A stretch of DNA of 64,000 bases, taken from NCBI GenBank assembly GCA_963719315.1, contig CAVRBU010000020.1:1-64000 (forward strand), written 5' to 3'. The stretch is from an uncultured Planctomycetota bacterium (GTDB lineage: Bacteria > Planctomycetota > Planctomycetia > Pirellulales > Lacipirellulaceae). Each line of letters starts with the position of its first letter. Positions within the stretch are counted from its first letter, which is position 1. The position numbers were made by a program, and so were the translations under genes. Positions 54,006 to 62,727 of the stretch are shown here, piece by piece. Below the pieces are notes generated by a model, which made no database searches, was not told where the DNA came from, and saw only the letters and a list, made by a program, of their open reading frames with translations.

Positions 54006-54114
54006 GGAGGGTCGAGGGCGGAGGGTCGAGGGTCGAGAGCCGGAAGCAAACGCGATTTCCTTCGTTTAGAGTTCTGGCTCTTGAACCTCGTCCCTAAGGC
54101 CTTGACCATTTGCC

Positions 54115-54750
54115 ATGAGCGGTCCGGCTAGGGTTCATTCCAGCGATGCGATCGAGGCCGTGCGGATGGCGCTGGTGTCGTTTATTGATCGTGTCAGTGA
54201 TGCAATGATGGAACTGAGTGCCGAAATGCGACGTGCACAAGAGTGGTTAGAGCACGACCGGCCAGCCTATTGGAGGAAGCAGACTCGACTTGGAATGGAT
54301 CAAGTTCACGAAGCCCAGCAGGCGCTCCACCGCTGTTTGATGTTCCCAGTAGCGAATGAGCGGCCCAGTTGCTACGAAGAACGGGCCATGCTTAAAAAGG
54401 CGCAGGTCCGGCTGGTGTATTGTCAGGAGAAGACTGAGCGCGTGCGGCATTGGCAGCAGACCCTGCGGCACGAGCTGTTCGAATACGAAGGCCGCATGTC
54501 GCAGCTCGTCAAATTGGTAGAAATCAACGTCCCGCAGGCGATCGGCGTATTGAACAAAATCATGCGACGCCTGGAAGAATATCACGCGGTGCGCGCGACC
54601 AACCCGCGGGCATCGTACGACGACGTCGCGATGGCGCGAGCGATTTGGGCCGAGGACGAGAGCGAATCGAAGGCTGAGGATGCAATTGCCACGGAAGTCG
54701 ATCCCGCGGCAGATGTCGAAAACGTCGAAGATTCGAAACCACAAACCTAA
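54115..54750 (+). CDS. Coiled-coil protein in the T7SS-like operon
   Basis: All-helical 211 aa with an acidic tail; co-oriented between WXG100 genes. Confidence 0.75.
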   Translation: MSGPARVHSSDAIEAVRMALVSFIDRVSDAMMELSAEMRRAQEWLEHDRPAYWRKQTRLGMDQVHEAQQALHRCLMFPVANERPSCYEERAMLKKAQVRLVYCQEKTERVRHWQQTLRHELFEYEGRMSQLVKLVEINVPQAIGVLNKIMRRLEEYHAVRATNPRASYDDVAMARAIWAEDESESKAEDAIATEVDPAADVENVEDSKPQT

Positions 54751-54818
54751 AAAGTTTACACCGCGGCCTCCGTGCCACAACGTGAAGCTTCCCGTTTGCA
54801 TCGTTAGGATCAGTCACC

Positions 54819-55043
54819 ATGCAAAAATTCGATCTTGCCACCGGGGCCGGCCGAATTCGGCACGCTCTGGAGCATCTGGAAATCGTGTGGAATGAAAGTT
54901 CCGCCGAGTGGAACGACGTCGTTAGCCGAAACTTTCAAGAGCATCATTTGGAGCCGATGCTGCCGCAATTGAAGTTGGGGCTCGATGCGATATCGCGGAT
55001 GAACCTGTTGATCAGCGAGGCAGAGCGTGACTGCGAGTCGTGA
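54819..55043 (+). CDS. Second WXG100-like small protein
   Basis: 74 aa with central SAEWNDVV; overlaps the FtsK start. Confidence 0.65.
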   Translation: MQKFDLATGAGRIRHALEHLEIVWNESSAEWNDVVSRNFQEHHLEPMLPQLKLGLDAISRMNLLISEAERDCES

Positions 55044-58000
55044 GACAATCTCCACCGAGCCGCTTTCGACGCGGCGCGAGCTTGAACTGCTGCGCGATTT
55101 GCAGCGGTTGGCGAACGAGCGCGCGCAGGAGGAGCAGCGGATTCGCGAGACGCTCGCCACGGGCTTGCAGTCGGCCGAAAAGGTCCGCGACACCACGGCT
55201 GCGGATGTCGAGCGGCAGTTCGCCGAGTCGCGAACGGCCGCGACGAGCGAATACGAACAGATCACGAGCGCCGCGCGCGAGCGCTACGAGGACGAGCGCA
55301 ACGCCGCACAAAAGGAGTACAAAGGCCTGCGGCAGGGCGTGGAGTCAGAGCTTTCGCGGGTCCGGGAGGCGGCGAAGAGCGAGCAGCAGAACGCCAGTTG
55401 GGAAGCACTCACGGTGTTCGATGCACTCAAGGGCCAGCCACGCGAAAAGTTTCTCGCCACAGTTCAGCAACTCAAGCGTCACAACCAAGAACTGGCCGTT
55501 CTGGAGCACGACGCGACGGAGATCATGAAGATGCGCCGCCAATGGCGCGAGTTTCCCGCCGTTGAACTATCGGCTGTCGGCCACGCCGTTTCGGAGAATG
55601 GTCAACCTCAGCCCACGGAACCGGCGGCCGTCGAGGTCGCCGTGCCGGCCGCTGCGCAACGTGGTTGGAAATCGCTGTCAAAAGTGCCCGCGGTCGTCGA
55701 GCAGGCGCCAGACCCAGATGACGTTGAGCGGGCGATTCAACGAGCAGCAGTCGTGACTACAGCAGTGCGCGACGCGGCGGTCGCATTACAGCGCCAGATG
55801 TTGCCGCGCCTTTTCGAGGGCGGCACGCCCGTATGTGTCTTCCTCGCCGCGTGGGCGATCGCCGCGATTCCGTGCGCCATCGTGATCGGTTGGACCAACT
55901 GGATTTGGGTCGCCGCGAGTTTCGGCATTGCGATCGTCGCGACGGTGGGGTTGCTCGCCTGGCTGTGGCCCGTCGCGCGGGGAGAGAGTGGTCGGCAGTT
56001 TCAGACGATTCAACAGCTTTTGGCGGACGCCCGGCAGGGCTTGAAGGAGGCTCTGGAAGCCGCCCGCGAACGTGGTGAATATGAGGCCCAGGCACTCGTT
56101 GCCGAGCGCGATAAGCACCTGACCTCGGCCGAGAAGAAACTGCTGGCGAAAGTTGGCGAGCGCGAGCGGTGGAAAGAAGGCGAGATCGACCGAGCGGGAC
56201 AGACGTATCCGCAACGCCTCGCGCAATTGCGCGGCGAATTGGACGATGCTCTTGCCGGCGCCAAAAACAAGCACTCGACTGCGTTGGCGCTCATCACCGA
56301 GAATCGGGACAAACGCGAGGCCGAAAATCGAAATGAGTACGCGGAGCGGGTGCGCGAAGTGCGGGCGGAGCACGATCGAGAGTGGGAGGCGCTCAGCGAG
56401 CGGTGGCGAACGGGTCTCGCCGAGTTGAACGAGGCCTGGGCTCGTATCGACGCCGAGTGTGACCGATTGTTCCCCGATTGGGAAACAACACAATACGAAA
56501 CGTGGTCCGCGCCGGTTGAGCCCACACCGGCCATTCAATTCGGCAACGTGACGCTCGATTTGTCTCAGGTCAAAAACGGCGTGCCGCAGGATGAGCGATT
56601 GCGGCCGGCGAAAACGGCCATTCAATTGCCGGCGATGATGACACTCGAAGAGCATCCGGTGCTGCTCATCACGGCTGAAGAGGAGGGCCGACGCGAGGCG
56701 ATCGAGGTGCTGCAGATCATGATGTTGCGATTCCTGACCGCTATGCCGCCGGGCAAGGTGCGGTTCACGATTCTCGACCCAGTGGGGCTGGGCGAAAACT
56801 TCGCATCATTCATGCACCTGGGCGATTTTGATGAGCACCTCATCGCCAGCCGCATTTGGACCGAAGCCCGGCAGATCGACGAGCAGCTAACGCGGCTTAC
56901 CGCCCATATGGAAACCGTGCTGCAGAAGTATTTGCGAAATGAATTCGCAACGATTCACGAATACAACGCACAGGCGGGCGAGGTAGCCGAGCCGTTTCAG
57001 GTGTTGGTCGCGGCCAACTTCCCGACGAACTTCAGCGAGGCGGCAGCACGAAAACTTGTGAGCATCACCACGAGCGGGCCGCGTTGCGGCGTGTACACGT
57101 TGATCATGGTGGATCGCAAGCAGAAAATGCCAGCCAACTTCGATCTCCATGATTTAGAGACCGGCGCGGTGCATCTCGACTGGGTGTCTGGGCTCGAGCG
57201 TCAGCGAGTCTCCAGCTTTCCCGATGATCCACCGTTTGGGGGCACGCCTTCGGCTCGACGCCAGACACCCGAGAGAGTGGGATTCCGCTGGCGCTACCCG
57301 GCGTTCGAGCATTTTCCGCTTGCACTCGATCGGCCGCCGTCGGCGGAGCGGTTCAACGATGTGGTCCGCGCCGCGGGGCGGGCCGCCAAGGACTCGATGA
57401 AGGTAGAAGTGCCCTTCGAGCAGGTTGCGCCGCCCGAGAACGAATATTGGACCGGCGACAGCGGGAAGGAGCTGGTCGTTCCGATCGGCCGGGCGGGCGC
57501 ACGCCGTTTGCAGCCTGTGCGGTTGGGCAAGGGCACATCACAGCACTTGCTCGTGGCCGGCAAAACGGGTTCTGGAAAGTCGACGTTTTTGCACGCGCTC
57601 GTTACGAACACGGCGCTGATCTATGGCCCGGACCAGGTCGAGTTTTACCTCATCGACTTCAAGAAGGGGGTGGAATTCAAGACCTACGCGACGCACCGCT
57701 TGCCACACGCGCGGGTCATCGCGATCGAGAGCGAACGGGAGTTCGGCCTGAGCGTGCTGGAACGGCTGGACGGAGAATTGCGGCACCGCGGCGAATTGTT
57801 TCGCGCGGCGGGCGTGCAGGATTTGCCGGATTATCGCCGGTCGCGGCCCAACGTGAACATGCCTCGGGTATTGTTGATCGTGGACGAATTCCAAGAGTTG
57901 TTCGTCGAAGACGACAAGCTCGCGCAAGACGCCGGTTTGCTTCTCGATCGGTTGGTGCGACAAGGTCGCGCGTTCGGGATTCACGTATTATTGGGTTCGC

Positions 58001-59244
58001 AGACGTTGAGCGGTGCGTATTCGCTCGCTCGCAGCACGATGGGGCAAATGGCGGTGCGCGTGGCCCTGCAATGCAGTGAGGCCGATGCTCACCTGATTCT
58101 CAGCGACGAACGCAACGAGGCGGCGCGTTTTTTGAGCCGGCCGGGCGAAGCGGTTTACAACGATCAGAACGGCTTGCTGGCCGGCAACCAGCCGTTTCAG
58201 GTGGTATGGCTCAGCGAATCGCAACGGGTCGATTACCTGCGTCAGATCGAAAATAAGTACCGGGAGCAAGGAGCTACCCGCGGTATGTCTGGTCTGGAAA
58301 CGATCGTGTTCGAAGGCGATCAGGCCGCGGACCCGTCGGATAACGTGCAATTGCGGGAAATGATGGAGCGCGGTCCGAGCGGCACGGGGGGTGCATCGCA
58401 AAAGGCGTGGCTCGGCTCTGCCGTGGCCATTAAAGAACCGACCGCAGCCACGTTCGCCCGTCATTCAGGCAGCAATCTGTTGGTCGTTGGCGCCTGGGAA
58501 GATTCAGCGCTGGGTGTGCTGGCGAACGCGGTCGTGTCGCTTGCGGTGCAGAACAAGGCAGGGAGCACGGAGCAAGGAGCAGGGGATGAAAAATCGTCCG
58601 AAGCTCCCCGCTCCCCGCTCCCCGCTCCTCGCTTTTACGTCCTCGATGGCACGCGTCCCGAGTCGTTGGAGGCCGGCACCTGGCAACGAATCGCGGAGGC
58701 GCTTCCGCACCAAATCGAAGTGGCGAGCCCGCGCGACACGGCCCGAGTGATCGGCGAGATCACCGCTGAACTAGCACGGCGTGAGGCAGCCGGCGAAGAA
58801 AACGCTCCACCCATTTATCTCGTCATCTTCAACGGCGGCCGCTTCCGCGAGTTGCGCCGCAGCGAAGATGATTTCAGTTTCTCCACGGATCGCGACAAAC
58901 CGCCCAGCCCCGACAAGCAATGGGCCGAGATACTTAAGAACGGCCCGGCCTGGGGCATCCACTCGCTCGTCTGGTGTGACTCCTACAACAACGTGAGCCG
59001 CATCCTCGACCGCATGGCGATGCGCGAATTCGAAATGCGCGTGGCCTTCCAAATGAGCGCGGCCGACTCGGCGAGCTTCCTCGACAACCCGGCCGCCACA
59101 AAGCTCTGCCAACATCGCGGGCTGTTCGCGAGCGAAGACCTCGGCACGATTGAGAAGTTTCGACCGTATGGGATACCGACGAATGCGTGGTTGGCCGAAG
59201 TGCGACGGGCCGTCGAAAGGCCAGGAAACGGCAACGTCGTTTAG
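55027..59244 (+). CDS. FtsK/SpoIIIE-domain ATPase, EssC/EccC-like
   Basis: Coiled coil, two TMs, HLLVAGKTGSGKS, LIDFKKGVEF, IVDEFQE, RQGRAFGIH..LGSQ; flanking degenerate domains. Confidence 0.9.
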   Translation: MTASRETISTEPLSTRRELELLRDLQRLANERAQEEQRIRETLATGLQSAEKVRDTTAADVERQFAESRTAATSEYEQITSAARERYEDERNAAQKEYKGLRQGVESELSRVREAAKSEQQNASWEALTVFDALKGQPREKFLATVQQLKRHNQELAVLEHDATEIMKMRRQWREFPAVELSAVGHAVSENGQPQPTEPAAVEVAVPAAAQRGWKSLSKVPAVVEQAPDPDDVERAIQRAAVVTTAVRDAAVALQRQMLPRLFEGGTPVCVFLAAWAIAAIPCAIVIGWTNWIWVAASFGIAIVATVGLLAWLWPVARGESGRQFQTIQQLLADARQGLKEALEAARERGEYEAQALVAERDKHLTSAEKKLLAKVGERERWKEGEIDRAGQTYPQRLAQLRGELDDALAGAKNKHSTALALITENRDKREAENRNEYAERVREVRAEHDREWEALSERWRTGLAELNEAWARIDAECDRLFPDWETTQYETWSAPVEPTPAIQFGNVTLDLSQVKNGVPQDERLRPAKTAIQLPAMMTLEEHPVLLITAEEEGRREAIEVLQIMMLRFLTAMPPGKVRFTILDPVGLGENFASFMHLGDFDEHLIASRIWTEARQIDEQLTRLTAHMETVLQKYLRNEFATIHEYNAQAGEVAEPFQVLVAANFPTNFSEAAARKLVSITTSGPRCGVYTLIMVDRKQKMPANFDLHDLETGAVHLDWVSGLERQRVSSFPDDPPFGGTPSARRQTPERVGFRWRYPAFEHFPLALDRPPSAERFNDVVRAAGRAAKDSMKVEVPFEQVAPPENEYWTGDSGKELVVPIGRAGARRLQPVRLGKGTSQHLLVAGKTGSGKSTFLHALVTNTALIYGPDQVEFYLIDFKKGVEFKTYATHRLPHARVIAIESEREFGLSVLERLDGELRHRGELFRAAGVQDLPDYRRSRPNVNMPRVLLIVDEFQELFVEDDKLAQDAGLLLDRLVRQGRAFGIHVLLGSQTLSGAYSLARSTMGQMAVRVALQCSEADAHLILSDERNEAARFLSRPGEAVYNDQNGLLAGNQPFQVVWLSESQRVDYLRQIENKYREQGATRGMSGLETIVFEGDQAADPSDNVQLREMMERGPSGTGGASQKAWLGSAVAIKEPTAATFARHSGSNLLVVGAWEDSALGVLANAVVSLAVQNKAGSTEQGAGDEKSSEAPRSPLPAPRFYVLDGTRPESLEAGTWQRIAEALPHQIEVASPRDTARVIGEITAELARREAAGEENAPPIYLVIFNGGRFRELRRSEDDFSFSTDRDKPPSPDKQWAEILKNGPAWGIHSLVWCDSYNNVSRILDRMAMREFEMRVAFQMSAADSASFLDNPAATKLCQHRGLFASEDLGTIEKFRPYGIPTNAWLAEVRRAVERPGNGNVV

Positions 59245-59333
59245 CCGGGTGCGCCAGTCCACAGGTAGGCTCAATTCGACTGTGCCCTTAACTAGCGCTA
59301 TACTATATTGATGTTGTCTATCGGGAGTCGCAT

Positions 59334-59591
59334 ATGAGTACCGCCGCTATCCATCTCGATCGCTTGCTGGAGCCGTTTGCCATCTGTTTGACGCCGGATG
59401 TAGCGGCCAAAGTGGCCGACATGCGAGTCGACGATGAGATGCAGCGGCGCATCGATCATTTAGCGGATCGCGCTAACGAAGGCTTGCTCACATCCGACGA
59501 AAACGACGAATACGCCGGCTATTTACGCGCGATTGATGTGATCGCAGTTTTACAAGCCAAGGCCCGTTCCCAACTGCGCAAACAACCGTGA
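59334..59591 (+). CDS. Putative antitoxin-like protein
   Basis: MQRRIDHLADRANEGLLT...LQAKAR; overlaps the HNH start (GTGA). Confidence 0.65.
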   Translation: MSTAAIHLDRLLEPFAICLTPDVAAKVADMRVDDEMQRRIDHLADRANEGLLTSDENDEYAGYLRAIDVIAVLQAKARSQLRKQP

Positions 59592-59998
59592 TCGACCAAG
59601 CTTTGCGTTCCGTAGTTCGCCTTCGAGCGGGCGACCTATGCGAGTATTGTCGACTGCCGCAAGCGTCCTCGCGATATGTCCGATTTCACACGGAACATAT
59701 CGTAGCGCTGCAACATGGTGGTCCTAGCGACGCAGATAACCTTGCGTTGGCGTGCGGATATTGTAATCACCATAAGGGGCCGAACATTGCCAGCCTAGAT
59801 CCGGACACAGGCCAACTGATAGCTCTGTTTCATCCGAGGCGCGATTTGTGGTCCGATCATTTCGCGTGGGACGATACGGTGATCGTCGGCCAAACTCCCG
59901 TGGGACGGGCGACTGTTCGACTCTTGGGAATGAACGACTGGCAGCGTATCGAATTGCGCGAGAATCTCCAATCGCTCGGAGAACCGTTCGCGGGATGA
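59588..59998 (+). CDS. HNH endonuclease
   Basis: RAGDLCEYC, EHIVALQHGG, NLALACGYCNHHKG, LFHPR. Confidence 0.9.
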   Translation: MIDQALRSVVRLRAGDLCEYCRLPQASSRYVRFHTEHIVALQHGGPSDADNLALACGYCNHHKGPNIASLDPDTGQLIALFHPRRDLWSDHFAWDDTVIVGQTPVGRATVRLLGMNDWQRIELRENLQSLGEPFAG

Positions 59999-60011
59999 GA
60001 TTCACGATTGC

Positions 60012-60086
60012 GGACTGTTCGCTGGCGAAGACCTCGGTACCATCGAAGAATTCCGGCCGTATGGAATTCCGACGGATGAATGGCTA
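60012..60086 (+). pseudogene. Diverged duplicate of the FtsK gene 3' segment
   Basis: GLFAGEDLGTIEEFRPYGIPTDEWL versus GLFASEDLGTIEKFRPYGIPTNAWL (21/25 identical). Confidence 0.85.
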
Positions 60087-60102
60087 AAAACCGTCGGTCT
60101 GA

Positions 60103-60717
60103 CTATTGCCGATCGACGGACGCATTAGCCGGTTTCAAGTGCCAATTGAAAGTTGCACTTCCTGCACCTAGCTTTACAAGTGCTATCTGCGATTCTTTTA
60201 CTAGCCAATGATCGCCAGACTTGCTGGCGCACTTCAATGTCGGAACAGCTTTTCGCGCAGGCTCTCCGATATTTCCGAGTGCGCGAGCGGCGTAAACGGT
60301 GCTGAATTCAGAAAAGAAGCTGGGGTTCGAAAGTGCGAATTCGAGCTTGCGGACTAGAATGTCAACGGCAGGTGCCGAAGGCGGCCCAATTTCGGAAAGT
60401 GCGCGTATTGCCGCATCTTCTACGAATTTGTCGCCGCAGTTCGCAGCGCGAATCAGGGCCGGCACGGCGGGTGCGGCGTGCAACCTCGTCGTTCCTAACG
60501 CGTAGCACGCGCGGCAACGGCCAAATCGCCAGTTGCCATTTACTAGTTCAATGAGTTCATGGAGTGCGCGCTGTCCCTCTTTCGAATCGGGATTTGCATT
60601 GATAACTGCCGCTATTTCATCTGTATGCCGCGAAATGTATTTACGATCTTCGACTGTATCGCCGCAGCCAGTCGTTGCGACGAACCACGCAAGCAACAGT
60701 GGCCAGTAATAGCACAC
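60103..60717 (-). CDS. HEAT-repeat protein, possible lipoprotein
   Basis: AVPALI, AIRALSEIGP, AARALGNIGEPA; LLLAWFVATTGC. Confidence 0.7.
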   Translation of the reverse strand: MCYYWPLLLAWFVATTGCGDTVEDRKYISRHTDEIAAVINANPDSKEGQRALHELIELVNGNWRFGRCRACYALGTTRLHAAPAVPALIRAANCGDKFVEDAAIRALSEIGPPSAPAVDILVRKLEFALSNPSFFSEFSTVYAARALGNIGEPARKAVPTLKCASKSGDHWLVKESQIALVKLGAGSATFNWHLKPANASVDRQ

Positions 60718-60843
60718 GTTTCAGACCCACGATAAGCTGTGATGCTAGTAATATTCGATGTGCATATAGCACAGCTTTCCGAGTACAATCGGTTGCGAGA
60801 AACGAGAACATCCAGGCAAATAGTAAAAGTAGCACTCTGGAAA

Positions 60844-61242
60844 TCAGCGGCGGGCTAGAAACAATGTCGGATCGACGTGAAAATACTCGGCCAGCCGGAA
60901 TGCATTTTCCACACTGATTGAACGCTTGCCTTTGAGCGCCTCACTGATTGTCGAACGGGGAACGCCAATTGCGCGGGCAAACTCCGCCTGAGATTTTCCG
61001 CTGCTCTCTAGGAGATGTTGTAGAATATCGCGCGGCGGAACGTTGGGCGTGGGGTATATTTGCTCCTCATAGTCGTTTGCGAGTTTCGACAGCAGCTCCA
61101 AAAGCGTGTTCTGTGCAGGCGATCGCCGCGGCAGCTTCATCAGGCGATCAATCCATTTGAGAGCGCGCTCGTGCGTCTTTTCATCGTGAATGACGCGCGG
61201 TTGAGCTTCTTGTAACAGACTCGCGTAGGTTGTCGATGCCAT
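60844..61242 (-). CDS. higA: HigA-family antitoxin
   Basis: PRVIHDE, LANDYE, SQAEFARAIG..STISEALKGKR HTH. Confidence 0.88.
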   Translation of the reverse strand: MASTTYASLLQEAQPRVIHDEKTHERALKWIDRLMKLPRRSPAQNTLLELLSKLANDYEEQIYPTPNVPPRDILQHLLESSGKSQAEFARAIGVPRSTISEALKGKRSISVENAFRLAEYFHVDPTLFLARR

Positions 61243-61244
61243 GG

Positions 61245-61553
61245 TTAGCAGTCCTTTTTCCAATCGCCGCGATCATATTCCGCATGCGTAAGAAAGTGTT
61301 TGAAGTATAGTGTGCCCGTTCCTGCTGCCTTGGGACGGGAATAGTAAACTCCGACAATGAGGCGCCTCGCTCCCGGTGCATCAAACACCAAGCAGTCGCC
61401 TACCTGATCCGCAGTCGGATATGCAGTGCGAACTTTGTGTAAGCTGGTCCAGTGAGCGTCGCGGGATGTCTTCCACCAATCATCCAGCCATTTCCGACAT
61501 TGCGGATGACGGGCCTGTGCTGTGCGGACTGCACGGCGGCTGATGACATTCAT
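61245..61553 (-). CDS. higB: HigB-family toxin
   Basis: MNVISRR, YPTADQVG, FLTHAEYD; upstream of higA. Confidence 0.88.
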   Translation of the reverse strand: MNVISRRAVRTAQARHPQCRKWLDDWWKTSRDAHWTSLHKVRTAYPTADQVGDCLVFDAPGARRLIVGVYYSRPKAAGTGTLYFKHFLTHAEYDRGDWKKDC

Positions 61554-61601
61554 TCGTCTAATTCTAGCATGTTCGCAATATGCGAACAAGTCCGGAATCA
61601 T

Positions 61602-62594
61602 TCATCCAGAGAGCTTTTCCGCCGATTGGGCGAAGACTTCAGCAATTACTTCTTCCAGCGGCGGGTCTTCGACGCTCACGTCTTCGAGCGTGTGGTTGGC
61701 CAGCACAGTGGAGAGGACCTCGGAGATCTTTTGGCGATCGACTCGGAGTTTTACGCGCGGCTCGACCAGCTCGACCACTTCGCCGTAGCGGCTGAAGTCG
61801 CTCGGCAATTGGCCGTTGGCGAACAGCAGCGTCAGCACTTTGTGGCTGCTGAAGCGGTCGATAATGCCGGCCAGCGAGCCGTCGTAGACGATTTGGCCGT
61901 GGTTGATGACGACCACGCGGCGGCAGAGGGCGGCCACGTCTTTCATGTAATGGCTAGTGAGCAGGACGGTGATTCCTCGGACTTCCTGGTAGTGTTTCAG
62001 GAATTTCTGAATGTTGTGCTGTGCCACGACATCGAGCCCGATCGTCGGCTCATCGAGGAATAGAACTTCGGGCGAGTGGAGCAGGGCGGCGATCAGTTCC
62101 ATCTTCATTCGCTCGCCGAGCGACAGTTCCCGGACGGGCTGGTTGAGCAGCCGACGAACGTCCAGCAAATCGACGAGCTCGTCCTGGGTGCGGCCGTATT
62201 GTACGGCGTCGATGCGGTAGATTTGCTGGTGCAGGCGGAACGATTCGGCGGCGGGCAGGTCCCACCACAACTGATTCTTCTGTCCCATCACGAGCGCGAA
62301 CCGGCGGCGGTAGGCGTTGTCGCGCTGCCAGGGCACGAAACCGAGAACGCGAGCCTCGCCGCCGGTGGGGTTGATAACGCCGGAAAGGAGTTTGAGCGTC
62401 GTGGTTTTACCGGCGCCGTTGGGGCCAAGGAACGCGACGAACTCGCCTGCTGCGACATCCAGGTCGATGCCTCGGACGGCGTTTACCTCGCGATATTCGC
62501 GATGAAAAAGCCCCGAGAGTGCGGCCCGCAGGCCTTCTTTCTTGTGGTAGACGCGATACGACTTTTGCAGGCCGCGAATTTCGATGACGGACAT
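61602..62594 (-). CDS. ABC transporter ATP-binding protein
   Basis: [27 protein letters not shown]. Confidence 0.92.
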   Translation of the reverse strand: MSVIEIRGLQKSYRVYHKKEGLRAALSGLFHREYREVNAVRGIDLDVAAGEFVAFLGPNGAGKTTTLKLLSGVINPTGGEARVLGFVPWQRDNAYRRRFALVMGQKNQLWWDLPAAESFRLHQQIYRIDAVQYGRTQDELVDLLDVRRLLNQPVRELSLGERMKMELIAALLHSPEVLFLDEPTIGLDVVAQHNIQKFLKHYQEVRGITVLLTSHYMKDVAALCRRVVVINHGQIVYDGSLAGIIDRFSSHKVLTLLFANGQLPSDFSRYGEVVELVEPRVKLRVDRQKISEVLSTVLANHTLEDVSVEDPPLEEVIAEVFAQSAEKLSG

Positions 62595-62727
62595 ACGGGC
62601 GTGATTATACGTCCGGCCTTAGCGTGCGAGTAGGTAGGGAATTGCAAAATGAAAAATGCGAAAGGTTGGATGGGTGGCATGCTCTTCCGCCGAGGTGGGT
62701 GAGCATGGCTTGAGCGAGTCAGCATGC

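Noticed and set aside
55027..59244. Call as the cell-division translocase FtsK
   Set aside because: No gamma domain or four-TM N-terminus is recognisable; architecture and WXG100 neighbours fit EssC/EccC
59119..60086. FtsK tail duplicate as a diversity-generating retroelement VR/TR pair
   Set aside because: Differences are not adenine-specific and no reverse transcriptase is present in the window
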